64,000 bases of DNA from Actinophytocola sp. (GCF_045807065.1 NZ_JBJMIE010000042.1:2724-66723), one strand, 5' to 3'; counted from the stretch's first letter, positions 1 to 9,622 are shown. A program made the numbers and translations. Notes: a model not told the origin generated them from the letters alone.

Positions 1-348
1 CGGTTCGGCGACGATGCGTCCCACTGGCATCCGCGGATCCAGGCTGGCATAGGGGTCCTGGGGGATCAGCTGCATTCGCCGCCGCACGGCTCGCAATGCG
101 CGGGTGTTGAGATCGGTGATGTCCTGCCCGGCGAAGTGGATGCGGCCGGCGTCCGGGCGATGGGTCCGCATCACGGCCAGCGCCACCGTGGACTTGCCGG
201 CACCGGACTCCCCGACCAGCGCCACCGTGTGCCCGTTGTGAACGGTCAGTGAGACGTCGTCGACGGCGCGCAGCGGCCGGCCTCCGGCTGTGAACGTGAC
301 GGTGAGGTTCTCGACACGCAGTAGTGGCTCAGCCAGTGGCTCAGCCAT
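1..348 (-). CDS. Oligopeptide/dipeptide-type ABC transporter ATP-binding subunit, 3' part outside the window
   Basis: Read manually on the minus strand from ATG at 348: MAEPLAEPLLRVENLTVTF...LVGESGAGKSTVALAVM...QLIPQDPYASLDPRMPVGRIVAEP. Has Walker A and the DppD/F-type Q-loop; overlaps the stop of the upstream gene. Confidence 0.9.
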   Translation of the reverse strand, partial: MAEPLAEPLLRVENLTVTFTAGGRPLRAVDDVSLTVHNGHTVALVGESGAGKSTVALAVMRTHRPDAGRIHFAGQDITDLNTRALRAVRRRMQLIPQDPYASLDPRMPVGRIVAEP

Positions 349-2149
349 CGGCATCGCCGGCCTTGACGCAGGCAACCTGCACGTCGCCGACGGCCCGCAG
401 CGCGGGTTCGTCGCCCTCGCACCGAGTTTCGGCGACCGGGCAACGCGGGGCGAATCGGCACCCGGGCGGCTCCTGGCCCGGTGCCGGTGGTTGTCCGGGG
501 ATGGGGTGCAGTGGTGCCCGGGGGGTGGCGAAGTGTGGCCGGGCGGCCAGCAGCCCCCGCGTGTAGGGGTGGCGCGGTATGGCCAGCAGGCTCGCGGTGG
601 GTCCGATCTCCACGATCCGCCCGGCGTAGACCACGGCGACGCTGTCGCACGTCTGCGCGGCGACGCCGAGGTCGTGGGTGATCAGGATGATGGCGGTGGT
701 GCTGGCCTGCTCGCGCAGTACGTCGAGAACCTGGGCCTGGATCGTCGCGTCCAGCGCGGTGGTGGGCTCGTCCGCGACCAGTACTGCCGGCGAATTGGCC
801 AGCGCAAGGGCGATCACGGCTCGCTGGCGTAGGCCGCCGGACAGTGTGTGCGGGTAGGCCCGCACACGCTCTTCGGGGGCCGGCATACCCACCCGTCGCA
901 GCGTCCGAATGGCCTGCACCTGTGCGTCCTTCCTGGACAGGTGTTGATGTCGGCGGATCGACTCGACCAGGAGCGACCCGATGGTCCGCACCGGGTTGAG
1001 TGCCATCATCGGGTCCTGGAACACCATCGCGATCCGCGCGCCGCGTAACGAGCGCAACCGGCGTTCGTCCGCGCCGAGGATCTCCTCGCCCGTCACGCGC
1101 ACCGAGCCGGTGACCACGCCGGGCGGGGGCACGAGCCCCAACAGGCTCATCGCGAGCGTCGTCTTGCCGGCACCGGACTCGCCGACCAGACCGAGCGTCT
1201 CGCCCTGCCGTAGACACAGGCTGACGTCACGAACCACCGGACGGGGGCCGGTGCCGCCGGGAAAGGTCACCGTCAGCCCCCGCACCGTGATCGCCGCGGC
1301 GTCGTCCGGCTCGCCGATCGCTCTTGATGGACCGGGGCCTGCTGTGCGCCGGCGGGGGAGCACTTGGCCGCGGATCGCGGAGTCGGTTCCGACGAGGTTG
1401 GCCGCGGTCACCGCCAGCACGATCGCGATGCCGGGTCCGAGCAGCAGCCAGGGCGCGTCGACCAGGTGCGCGCGGCTGTCGGCGAGCATGTTGCCCCAGG
1501 TCGGTGTGCCGAGCGGGGCACCGAGACCGAGGAACGAGAGGCCGGACTCCGCGATGATCACCTCGGCGAACTGCAGCGCGCACAGCACCCGCAGGGTCGC
1601 GCCCAGTGCCGGGAGCACGTGGGTGACCAGGATGCGTGCCGACGCCGCGCCGGTCAGGCGTGCGACGAGCACGTAGGGGCGGGTCCGGACGCTGAGCGTC
1701 TCGGCGTAGGTCACCCGCGCGTAGCTGGGCCAGGTCACCAGGCCGAGCGTCAGCGCCAGCGGCCAGAACCCGTGACCGGCGAGCGCGACGACCACGACCG
1801 CGACCACCAGGTACGGGAAGGCGATCATCAGGTCGATCAGCCTGGTCAACACGGCACGCGACCAGCCGGTGCGCCAGCCGGCAAGCAGCCCGACGAGCGT
1901 GCCGATGGCCGCGCCCACGATGGTCGCCACCAGGCTGATACCCAGGGACCACGGGAACCCCGCCAGCACCCGGGAGAGCACGTCGCGACCGAGTTGATCG
2001 GTGCCGAGCAGGTGCGAAGGCCAGTCCGGAGCCGCCAGCCGGTGCGGGAGGTCGGCGGCGTACGGGTTCGCGGGCGCCAGCACCGGCTGGATGACCGCGA
2101 GGACGCCGAGCAGCGCCGCGATGCCGAGGCCGACCCGCCGCCCGGTCAC
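341..2149 (-). CDS. Fused ABC permease (DppC-like) and ATP-binding (DppD-like) protein
   Basis: N-half: HLLGTDQLGRDVLSR and EAxLSFLGLG permease motifs. C-half: GESGAGKT, LSGGLRQR, DEPTTALD, HPYTRGLL and the C-terminal CRFAPRC Cys cluster. Confidence 0.92.
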   Translation of the reverse strand: MTGRRVGLGIAALLGVLAVIQPVLAPANPYAADLPHRLAAPDWPSHLLGTDQLGRDVLSRVLAGFPWSLGISLVATIVGAAIGTLVGLLAGWRTGWSRAVLTRLIDLMIAFPYLVVAVVVVALAGHGFWPLALTLGLVTWPSYARVTYAETLSVRTRPYVLVARLTGAASARILVTHVLPALGATLRVLCALQFAEVIIAESGLSFLGLGAPLGTPTWGNMLADSRAHLVDAPWLLLGPGIAIVLAVTAANLVGTDSAIRGQVLPRRRTAGPGPSRAIGEPDDAAAITVRGLTVTFPGGTGPRPVVRDVSLCLRQGETLGLVGESGAGKTTLAMSLLGLVPPPGVVTGSVRVTGEEILGADERRLRSLRGARIAMVFQDPMMALNPVRTIGSLLVESIRRHQHLSRKDAQVQAIRTLRRVGMPAPEERVRAYPHTLSGGLRQRAVIALALANSPAVLVADEPTTALDATIQAQVLDVLREQASTTAIILITHDLGVAAQTCDSVAVVYAGRIVEIGPTASLLAIPRHPYTRGLLAARPHFATPRAPLHPIPGQPPAPGQEPPGCRFAPRCPVAETRCEGDEPALRAVGDVQVACVKAGDADG

Positions 2150-3066
2150 GATGCGCTCCGCAGGCGTGGGTCGAGCATCCGGAACACCAGGTCCAGCCCG
2201 GTGTTGACGACGAACACGCCGACGGCGACGACGACGACGGTGGCCTGGACCACCGGGAAGTCCAGCCGGGTGACCGCCTCGACCAGCAGCCGGCCGAGCC
2301 CCGGCCAGCCGAAGATGACCTCGGTGAGCAGGGCACCGGAGATGAGGTAGGCGAACTGGGTGCCGATGACGGCGACCGTGGCCAGCAGGGCGTTGGGCAG
2401 CACGTGCCTGACGAGCAGGGCCGCACCGCCGGCACCGGTCGCCAACGCGGTACGAACGTAGTCCTCGCGCATGGCTTCGGCGACGTTGGTAGCCACGATC
2501 CGGATCAGTTGCGGAGCAAGGAAAGCAGCCAGCGTCAGCGACGGCAGCACCCAGCTGCCCGGTCCGGCGGCGCCGATCGAGGGCAGCCAGCGCAGGTCGA
2601 CGGCGAAGACCTGGATGAGCAGGAGGCCGACGACATAGGCGGGTACGGCCTGGGCGACGAAGACGCCCGAACTGACCACCCGGCGGCCGATGGAGCCGGT
2701 GCGGGCACCAAGCCAGGTACCCACCACGACGGCGAGCACCGCGTCGACGGTGATCGCGGTGGCCGCCAGCGACAGGGTCGGGGTGATCCGGGCGAACACC
2801 AGGTCCAGGGCAGGTTGACCGGTGGCCAGTGACGTGCCGAGGTCTCCGGTCAGGACGTTGCCGACGAACGTCGCGTACTGCGCCGGCAAGGGTCGGTCCA
2901 GCCCGTAGTGGGCGCTGATCCGGGCCACCGCGTCCGGGGTGGGGTCCGAGCCGGCGAGCACGACGGCCGGATCACCGGTCAGCCGTAGCACGAAGAACAG
3001 CACCGTCGAAATGAGGATCAGCAGGATCGCCAACTGCGCGGCGCGGTTGAGCAGGACGCGCGCCAC
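2146..3066 (-). CDS. ABC transporter permease (DppB-like)
   Basis: YGLDRPLPAQY, GDLGTSL, EDYVRTALATG, EVIFGWPGLGRL and RLDFPVVQ motifs; overlaps the next gene. Confidence 0.93.
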   Translation of the reverse strand: MARVLLNRAAQLAILLILISTVLFFVLRLTGDPAVVLAGSDPTPDAVARISAHYGLDRPLPAQYATFVGNVLTGDLGTSLATGQPALDLVFARITPTLSLAATAITVDAVLAVVVGTWLGARTGSIGRRVVSSGVFVAQAVPAYVVGLLLIQVFAVDLRWLPSIGAAGPGSWVLPSLTLAAFLAPQLIRIVATNVAEAMREDYVRTALATGAGGAALLVRHVLPNALLATVAVIGTQFAYLISGALLTEVIFGWPGLGRLLVEAVTRLDFPVVQATVVVVAVGVFVVNTGLDLVFRMLDPRLRSAS

Positions 3067-3070
3067 GTCG

Positions 3071-4618
3071 CTACGAGCCCACGGTCAGCTCGTGGTAGTT
3101 GATCACCCGGTTGACGTCGTGGTAGCCCTTGACCCCACCGGCGGTCGCGTTGAGGTCGATCTGTTCGACCAGCAGCAGGCTTGGTGGGTTGTCGTGCGCT
3201 GCCCTGGCCAGGTCAGCGAGCAGCGTTGCCCGCCGTCCGGTGTCGAATTCGGTGCTCGCCTTGGCCTGTAACGGCATTACCGCCTCGTCGCAGAAGAACG
3301 CCGGCGTCTTCGCGCAGGAGAACAGGGCGTACGGACGGGAGGCGTCCAGGATCGGTGCGGTATTCCAGGACAACCCGAACGCGGGCGTGTCCCAGGTGCC
3401 CTTGGTGTACTTGTCCAGCCAGGCCGCGAACTGCACCTGACGCAACGTCACCCGCACCCCGACTTTGGCCAGGTCGGCCGCCATCGCCTGGTAGATCTCC
3501 GCGTCGGCGGGGTAGGTGCCGACCACGACCTCGGCGGGCAGCGCGAAACCACTGCCTACGCCCGCCTCGGCCAACAGCCGTCTGGCCTTCGCCGGGTCGT
3601 AGGGATACGGTTTGACGTCCTCGGCGTAGCCGAAGGCACCGGGGGTGGCGCCCTGGCTCGCCGGCCGGCCAAGCCCGGCCATGACGTTGTCCACAATGGA
3701 GTTCTTGTCTACGGCGTAGTTGAGCGCCTGTCGCACTCGCCGGTCGCTCAGCGGTGTGCTGCCCCTGGTCGTGACGAACGCCAGGGACATCACCTGCGGG
3801 GCCGGGGTGACCTGGACTGTGGCGCCAGCCGCGGTGATCCGTGCCTGTTGGTCAGGGGACAGGCCGAGTACCAGGTCGAGCTGGCCGGACTGCAGAGCCT
3901 GCAGGCGGGCCGCCGGCTCACCAATTTCGGTGATCTCGAGTCGAGGCACCACGGGTCTACGCCAGGAGCCGTTGAAGCCGGTGAAGGTCACCTTTCCCGG
4001 ATTCCACGACTCGACCTGATAAGAACCGGAACCCACCGGACTGGCGGCGAACCCTCCCGGGCCCCGCTCGGCCCAGGCTTTCGGCGCGACGATGTACATC
4101 GTGGCAATCCGGTTCGGCAGGATCGGATCCGGCGCCGCTGTGGTGAACTCGACCTCGGTTGCGGAGACCGCCCGGCTCGCGCTCAGCGTGAGCAGCTCTT
4201 TCCCGACGACGGTGGCCCTGCCCGGGTCGGAGTGAAGATAGTCGAACGTGGCCACGACCGCGGCGGCGTCGAGCTTCTCGCCGTCGCTGAACCTCAGACC
4301 GGAACGCAGGGTGAACGTCCACGTCGTGCGGCTGGTCGACGCCCACTTCCGCGCCAAAGCAGGGGCCGGTTCGCCGTTCGCGTTCACCACGGTGAGCGCA
4401 TCGAACATCGGCGACCAGGTGTAGATGCTCGGAGAGCCCACTGCACTGAACGGATTTCCCTGACCCGGCGGCAAGGTCTGGACCCCGACACGCAGCACCC
4501 CGGCCGTCGCGGCGTCGCCACCCTCGCCGTCGGAACCGCAGCCGGACATCATCAGCATGCCGATCGACAACACGACGATGAATCGGCGACAGCCAGGACC
4601 TGTCGAGGAACACAGCAT
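3071..4618 (-). CDS. ABC transporter substrate-binding lipoprotein (family 5)
   Basis: Lipobox-like MMSGC; PALAxKW, FTLRSGLRFSDG, PVGSGSY, RVRQALNYAVD and YDPAKARRLLAEAG motifs. Start uncertain. Confidence 0.9.
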   Translation of the reverse strand: MLCSSTGPGCRRFIVVLSIGMLMMSGCGSDGEGGDAATAGVLRVGVQTLPPGQGNPFSAVGSPSIYTWSPMFDALTVVNANGEPAPALARKWASTSRTTWTFTLRSGLRFSDGEKLDAAAVVATFDYLHSDPGRATVVGKELLTLSASRAVSATEVEFTTAAPDPILPNRIATMYIVAPKAWAERGPGGFAASPVGSGSYQVESWNPGKVTFTGFNGSWRRPVVPRLEITEIGEPAARLQALQSGQLDLVLGLSPDQQARITAAGATVQVTPAPQVMSLAFVTTRGSTPLSDRRVRQALNYAVDKNSIVDNVMAGLGRPASQGATPGAFGYAEDVKPYPYDPAKARRLLAEAGVGSGFALPAEVVVGTYPADAEIYQAMAADLAKVGVRVTLRQVQFAAWLDKYTKGTWDTPAFGLSWNTAPILDASRPYALFSCAKTPAFFCDEAVMPLQAKASTEFDTGRRATLLADLARAAHDNPPSLLLVEQIDLNATAGGVKGYHDVNRVINYHELTVGS

Positions 4619-4684
4619 CGGTAACTCCCTCGTTCGCCCGACCCGTCGCCGCGAGAGAAACGCTAGCCAGTATTCATCATCAAC

Positions 4685-5539
4685 TCAACGAAAGGCCGAC
4701 GGCCGCAACTCGAGAATCGCACCGTCCGGGGTCACCAGCACGCGCGGCGCGCTTTTCGGCGCATCGACGACGACCACGGCGACTCCCGGCGGAAGGGCAC
4801 CGGACAGCACCGGACGCCGGACAGCCAGCGGCGGATACTGGTTGATCTCAACCAGGTTCCGTCCAGCCAGCTGAACCGAGCTGAGCCGGTGCACGGCGGA
4901 CGCGGGCAACCCGAATGCCTGGTTGAGCACACCGATCGCACCGAACCGGTCCGAACAGCGGCGCACCGAAAACGTTTCCTCCCACCAGGTCCGAGCCAGC
5001 TCCAGATCCTCGGCGGCATACACGACGCCGTAGACACCATCCACCGCACCAACACCAGGATCCGGCCGGCCCGGCAACTCGAACGGCGGCAGCTCGCCGC
5101 GAATCTCAGTCAGGTACAACACCTCGCCGGTCGGCCCTGCCACCTGGGCCGACCGCAGCACTGCTCCCGCCCTGCCGGTCAGCGGCGCCGGCGCGCGCAG
5201 CGTCGTGAACCCCGCGCCAAGGCCAGCGAACACCACATCGACGTCAGCCACCGACAACTCCAGCGCCGCCCAGCCAAAACTGCGCATCGGCAGGTAGCCA
5301 GGTGTGGCCGCGCCCTCCACCATCTGGATCACACCACCCACGCCGCTCGCCGAGGCAACCGTCACGTACGGCGCGCCCGCCACAGCCGGCGCAAGCCAGC
5401 GTGCCGCAGTCCGATCATCGATCACGCCGACGGCCACGACACCGAACCCGAGCCCGTCCCGGTAAGCAGTGACACTCCGCTCGAGATCGCCGGTGCTCAC
5501 CACAACCGAGCGAATCGGCCCCACCCTGGGAATTCTCAC
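4685..5539 (-). CDS. VOC/glyoxalase-superfamily protein (two-domain)
   Basis: SVVVSTGDLERSVTAYRDGLGF and VVYAAEDLELARTWWEETF resemble two VOC beta-alpha-beta starts; co-oriented upstream of the ABC genes. Confidence 0.6.
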   Translation of the reverse strand: MRIPRVGPIRSVVVSTGDLERSVTAYRDGLGFGVVAVGVIDDRTAARWLAPAVAGAPYVTVASASGVGGVIQMVEGAATPGYLPMRSFGWAALELSVADVDVVFAGLGAGFTTLRAPAPLTGRAGAVLRSAQVAGPTGEVLYLTEIRGELPPFELPGRPDPGVGAVDGVYGVVYAAEDLELARTWWEETFSVRRCSDRFGAIGVLNQAFGLPASAVHRLSSVQLAGRNLVEINQYPPLAVRRPVLSGALPPGVAVVVVDAPKSAPRVLVTPDGAILELRPSAFR

Positions 5540-5593
5540 CTTCCCACAACTAGCAGGGACAATGGCTGGTGTGAACCCGTCCTGGTGAGGAGA

Positions 5594-6030
5594 TCATGCA
5601 CTAGACGGGATTGTTTGGCCAAAAATGATGTGGACCGGGAGGCCGCCGGTGACGGCCTCCGTGGCAAACATCCGCCGGAAGTCGTGGGGCCGGTAACGCA
5701 GCGGTTCGTTGTCGGCGGCTGTCAAGCTGGTGTGGCCGAGGGCCTGGTCGAGCAACTTGTAAATGGTGGTATCGCGTGGGACTTCCCACTTCCAGCCGTT
5801 GGGCTTGTGCTGGAACAGGTGCAGTAACGGTGGGCCGACCACGTGTTCGTGGTGTCGTAACGCCCGGTCAGGGGAATGGTGCTGTCGTTGTCGTGACGGA
5901 GCCGGTGCAGCCACACGAACGACTCCTGTTTGGCCGGCAGCCACTGCTCGGCCTCGATCCCTTGCGGATCACCCGCACGAGCTGGTCGTCCCAGTGCAGG
6001 TCAACTCCGCTAAGTGCGGGCAGGCACCGG
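5594..6030 (-). pseudogene. Fused, frameshifted fragments of tyrosine recombinases (trio/Tn554-like element remnant)
   Basis: RYRPHDFRRMFATEAVTGGLPVHI contains the H-x-x-R box. The upstream piece VDLHWDDQLVRVIRKGS/EQWLPA resembles the lysine region of a second recombinase. No start and no catalytic Tyr. Confidence 0.75.
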
Positions 6031-6110
6031 GCCATTCCGGAACGGTACTGAGGGGCGCCGCGCCGAGCGGTGCCCCTCACCATCACTCGGTAGTACAGGC
6101 ATCCGTTCTG

Positions 6111-6140
6111 CCTTCTTGCCGGGACGCCCCGGCAAGGAGG
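6111..6140 (-). terminator. Intrinsic terminator-like hairpin downstream of the beta-helix gene
   Basis: ccttcttgccggg-acgc-cccggcaaggagg: 13-bp stem with one mismatch, 12 nt past the stop at 6153. Confidence 0.65.
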
Positions 6141-6152
6141 CACGGCAAGAAC

Positions 6153-7223
6153 TCAGGTGTTGCCCCACGTTCGAACCCGCTGTTCGCCGTCGTTGGTGCA
6201 CGGGGCGGCGCCGGAGTAGGTGAGGCTGCCGACGATCATGGCCCAGTTCGACAGGGAGGCGCCGTCGTAGCCGGAGATGTTGTCGTTCTCGTGGAAGAGG
6301 TTGCCTTGTGACGCGCACTCGCGCGGGTGTGTCGAGTCGACGCAGCCGGTGCTGGTGTCGCAGAACCAGTCCGAGAACTGGCCCTTCTGGCCGGTGCGTT
6401 CGAGGACGTTGCCGTAGATGTCGTTGTGGTTGCTGTCGTTGCGGGCGCGGACCGGGTCGCCGCTGACATAGGCGAACTCGTTGTTGACGATGACGTTGTC
6501 GCTGCTGTGGTGCGCGATGTACACGCCGTGCAGCAGCGCCGTCTGGCTGCCGGTGTTCTCCAGGTGCACGAAATGGTTGTCCTGTATGACGTTCCCGCTG
6601 GAGTTCACCAGGTCCACGCCGCCGTAGGCGTAGCCGGCCGACGACCACTTGGAGCCGATGTCGACCAGTTCCATGCCGAAGACCTTGTTGTGGTTGAAGC
6701 CCGCGTCCGCCGGGACGCGGAGGCCGTCCACGGTCTGGTAGCGGCCCGCCAGGGCGATTCCGCCCTCGCTGTAGCGTTCCACCCGCAGATAGTAGAACCG
6801 CAGGCCGCCGTCGCCGCCCTGCGGCATGGTGTCGGGCATCTTGCCTCGCAACCAGTACCCCGCCGTGCCGTTGCCGCGGAAGACGGGGCGTCCCGCGATG
6901 TCGTCGACTCCGTCGCCGTACTCGTAGTCGGTCGGCATGAAGTTCACGGTGTGGCCCGGCACGATGTAGGTCCAGGTGGTCGTCGGGGCGGTGTAGGTGC
7001 CCTGCTTGATCCGGACCTCGACATCTGTCTGTGGCTGCGCCGCGGTCAGCACCTCCTGTGCCCGGGTCAGGGTCCTCACCGGCGCCGAGGCGCTCAGCCC
7101 GGAGTTGGTGTCCGACCCCGCGGGGTCCAGGAACACCTGGAACGCATCGGCGGGCTCCGCTGTGGCTTGACCAGCCCCGCTGAGCAGAAGCGTCAGCACA
7201 GCCGCGATCACGGTCGCGCGCAT
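6153..7223 (-). CDS. Secreted right-handed parallel beta-helix protein (pectin-lyase-like fold)
   Basis: Signal peptide; VFLDPAGSDTNSGLSASAPVRTL (DUF1565-like start); Asn-rich rungs (SSGNVIQDNHF, SSDNVIVNNEF, SNHNDIYGNVL). Confidence 0.8.
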   Translation of the reverse strand: MRATVIAAVLTLLLSGAGQATAEPADAFQVFLDPAGSDTNSGLSASAPVRTLTRAQEVLTAAQPQTDVEVRIKQGTYTAPTTTWTYIVPGHTVNFMPTDYEYGDGVDDIAGRPVFRGNGTAGYWLRGKMPDTMPQGGDGGLRFYYLRVERYSEGGIALAGRYQTVDGLRVPADAGFNHNKVFGMELVDIGSKWSSAGYAYGGVDLVNSSGNVIQDNHFVHLENTGSQTALLHGVYIAHHSSDNVIVNNEFAYVSGDPVRARNDSNHNDIYGNVLERTGQKGQFSDWFCDTSTGCVDSTHPRECASQGNLFHENDNISGYDGASLSNWAMIVGSLTYSGAAPCTNDGEQRVRTWGNT

Positions 7224-7621
7224 CGTTGTCTCCTGTCTGGTTCACGGCTCATGACGCCGTGTCTAGCGCGCGATGCGTTGTCCGGCTTCGTGGTTCGGAC
7301 GCCGGACATCAGGGACCGGACAACGGGTCAGCCGCAGGCGGGGTGGAAGGGCGCTTCGGGGTCGACGACATCGGAGAGCTTCGCCTTGGTAGCACCCCGT
7401 CAAGCTCGGCGATGGCCGGGTTGTAGGCGCCTTTCTGCAGCCTGAAGTTGGCGGCGGTAAGACCTGCCGAGGCGGCCGTCACGTGAATGCTCAGCGCGGC
7501 AGCCGCGTTCATCATGACCCGCTCAGGACAGCCCATGACACCCGGTCCAGACTCGCGCACGCTACCCGTCCACGAAACTTCCGACCGGCGGCGCGTGGGG
7601 GTTTGCGCCATCATTCGGGGT

Positions 7622-7831
7622 ATGGCGGAAAAGTACGAGTACAAGGTTGTCGAGCTTCGGGAGAAGCTGCTCGGCGGCAAGATGTCCGGCGCGAAGCTCG
7701 AAAGCGTGCTCAACGAGCACGCGGCGAAGGGTTGGCAACTGAAGGCCATCACGGCCACGGAGGTGAAGGGCCGCATCGGGCCGGGAGGTGTTGACGGGGT
7801 CCTGGTCACCTTCGAACGCAGGGCGGGCTGA
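7622..7831 (+). CDS. DUF4177-type small protein
   Basis: MAEKYEYKVVELREKLLGG...LESVLNEHAAKGWQL matches the typical YEYKVV...LN.A..GW pattern. Confidence 0.8.
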   Translation: MAEKYEYKVVELREKLLGGKMSGAKLESVLNEHAAKGWQLKAITATEVKGRIGPGGVDGVLVTFERRAG

Positions 7832-7851
7832 GCAGCACGCCGCCCCCGGGG

Positions 7852-8313
7852 TCAGTACTCGTTCTTGATGACGAAGTAGGAGCCGCGGATGGTTCCGGCC
7901 AGCTTCGACTTCTGTCGGGCGAACTTGAACGAGGAGAGTTCGGCGGGGACCTCCATCCCGTCGGAGAGTTTGAAGCCGACGGCTCGTTTGCCGGAGTCTT
8001 CGAGGGTGTACATCACGTTGATCGACAGGCCGTTCTCGTAGAACACGTATGCCATCCGGATGTTCTCGACCTCGAACGCGGTCGCTTCGAGCGGGCGGGC
8101 GGAGATCTCGATGCCGCGTTCCTCCTTGAGGATCCGGGCCACCCAGTCGATGGTCGGCCCGGCGTCGCTCGCGGGCTCGACCGTGAAGACGTGGTCGTAC
8201 TTGTTCTTGAAGTACCGGGCCTCGTTCGCCCGCAGGCCGGCGAGCGCGGGCGCGACCGGCGACGACTCCAGGCCGACGGTCGACACGGTGTCGAAGTCCA
8301 CGGCATGGGGCAT
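7852..8313 (-). CDS. Conserved hypothetical protein
   Basis: Coding-like codon bias, globular composition, GGAG RBS upstream; no motif I can assign. Confidence 0.7.
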   Translation of the reverse strand: MPHAVDFDTVSTVGLESSPVAPALAGLRANEARYFKNKYDHVFTVEPASDAGPTIDWVARILKEERGIEISARPLEATAFEVENIRMAYVFYENGLSINVMYTLEDSGKRAVGFKLSDGMEVPAELSSFKFARQKSKLAGTIRGSYFVIKNEY

Positions 8314-8383
8314 GTCCAGCTCCTCCGGTCGGATTCAGCGTATGCGCTGGTAGCGAAGGTACGCGAGGCGGGACGCGCGTGCC

Positions 8384-8944
8384 TCACGACGGCAGGAAGA
8401 TCGTCGTCGCCTCGTCGGCGAGTGCGGCGGAGTTGGGGGCGTCCGGGTCGGTCTGCGCCAGGTGCAGCAGTCCGAGGATGGCCGCGTAGGCGACCCGCGC
8501 CCGGGACACCGCCCGGTCCGGCGGTAGGCCGAGCTCGCGGTACGTGCGGGCCAGGAGGTCCAGCCGGGCCCGGTTCACCTGGCGGACCGCGTTCCTGACC
8601 CGGGGGTCGTTGCGGTCGCCGAGCAGACTCAGGTGCACCGATGGGGCCAGCGGCTGGACGGCGTGCACGACCGTGGTGAGCAGGTCGCGCAACCGCTGCG
8701 CCGGATCGGTGATCGCGGCGAGCTCGGCGAGCCCCTCGTCGCCGTGGGTTCGTACCCACTCGGCGAGCGCGGCCGTGACCAGCTCGTCGCGGTTCCGGTA
8801 GTGCGCGTAGAAACTGCCCTTGGTCACGCCGAGTGTCCGCGCCAGCGGTTCGACCGCGACCGCGGCCAGCCCGCCGTCCGCGATCGCCTTCAGCGCGGCC
8901 CGCGCCCAGTCCCGGGCGGACAGCCGGGTCGACTCGCTCACCAC
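8384..8944 (-). CDS. TetR/AcrR family transcriptional regulator
   Basis: GLAAVAVEPLARTLGVTKGSFYAHYRNRDELV HTH; GTG start at 8944 or 8941 (ORF track over-extends). Confidence 0.9.
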   Translation of the reverse strand: MVSESTRLSARDWARAALKAIADGGLAAVAVEPLARTLGVTKGSFYAHYRNRDELVTAALAEWVRTHGDEGLAELAAITDPAQRLRDLLTTVVHAVQPLAPSVHLSLLGDRNDPRVRNAVRQVNRARLDLLARTYRELGLPPDRAVSRARVAYAAILGLLHLAQTDPDAPNSAALADEATTIFLPS

Positions 8945-8954
8945 GGGCCACAGG

Positions 8955-9019
8955 ATACGCGTGCGTATTGACGGTCCCGCCAGCGCTGGATACGGTACCG
9001 TATCAATACGGTGGCGTAT
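8955..9019. promoter_or_regulatory. Three ATACG-N4-CGTAT palindromes, putative TetR operators
   Basis: Copies at 8955-8968, 8990-9003 (perfect 16-bp GATACGGTACCGTATC at 8989-9004) and 9006-9019, between the divergent tetR and cupin genes. Confidence 0.75.
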
Positions 9020-9034
9020 TAAGGAGTGGAGCGC

Positions 9035-9574
9035 ATGGGAGTTCGCCGAGTGGTCACCGGGCACGACGCCGAGGGCAGGGCCCGCGTGGTCGACGACGGC
9101 GTGGTCGAGCCCATCACGTCCGAGCTGATGCCCGGCTGTGCGGCCTACCGGCTGTGGGGCCGGGACGAGCGGCCCACGTTCCCGGACGACGGCGCGCCGC
9201 GCGGCGCGGAGGCGTACTTCCCGCCTCGGGACGGATCGCGCTTCATGATCAACACGATCCCGCCCGGTGAGCTGGTCCCATCCCCGGACCTCGACGTGGC
9301 CGCGGCCTGGGACGAGCTGGAGCGGCAGATGCCGGGCGCGGCGGCCACGATGGAGCCCGACGCCCCGGGGATGCACACCACCGACAGCCTCGACTACGTC
9401 CTGGTCGCGTCGGGCGAGGTCACGCTGGAACTCGACGACGGCGAGCGGACGGTGTTGCGAGCAGGCGACGTGGTCATCCAGAACGGCACCCGGCACGCCT
9501 GGCGCAACCACGGCACCGAGACCTGCACGATCGTCGGCGTCGCCATCGGCGCGGACCGGCCCCGGCCGGCATAG
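9035..9574 (+). CDS. Cupin domain protein
   Basis: RRVVTGHDAEGRA start, MHTTDSLDYVLVASGEVTLELDDG, GDVVIQNGTRHAWRN; AGGAG RBS before ATG 9035. Confidence 0.9.
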   Translation: MGVRRVVTGHDAEGRARVVDDGVVEPITSELMPGCAAYRLWGRDERPTFPDDGAPRGAEAYFPPRDGSRFMINTIPPGELVPSPDLDVAAAWDELERQMPGAAATMEPDAPGMHTTDSLDYVLVASGEVTLELDDGERTVLRAGDVVIQNGTRHAWRNHGTETCTIVGVAIGADRPRPA

Positions 9575-9622
9575 TCCGCCGCCGCTTCGCGTTCGACACG
9601 ACGAAGTCCCCGGCCGCCCAGA

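Noticed and set aside
322-348. 12-bp tandem duplication (AEPL AEPL) at the ATPase start
   Set aside because: Trivial slippage at a variable N-terminus.
7260-7620. Possible gene fragment (ANFRLQKGAYNPAIAELDGVL) on the minus strand
   Set aside because: Too short to assign; no start or family evidence.
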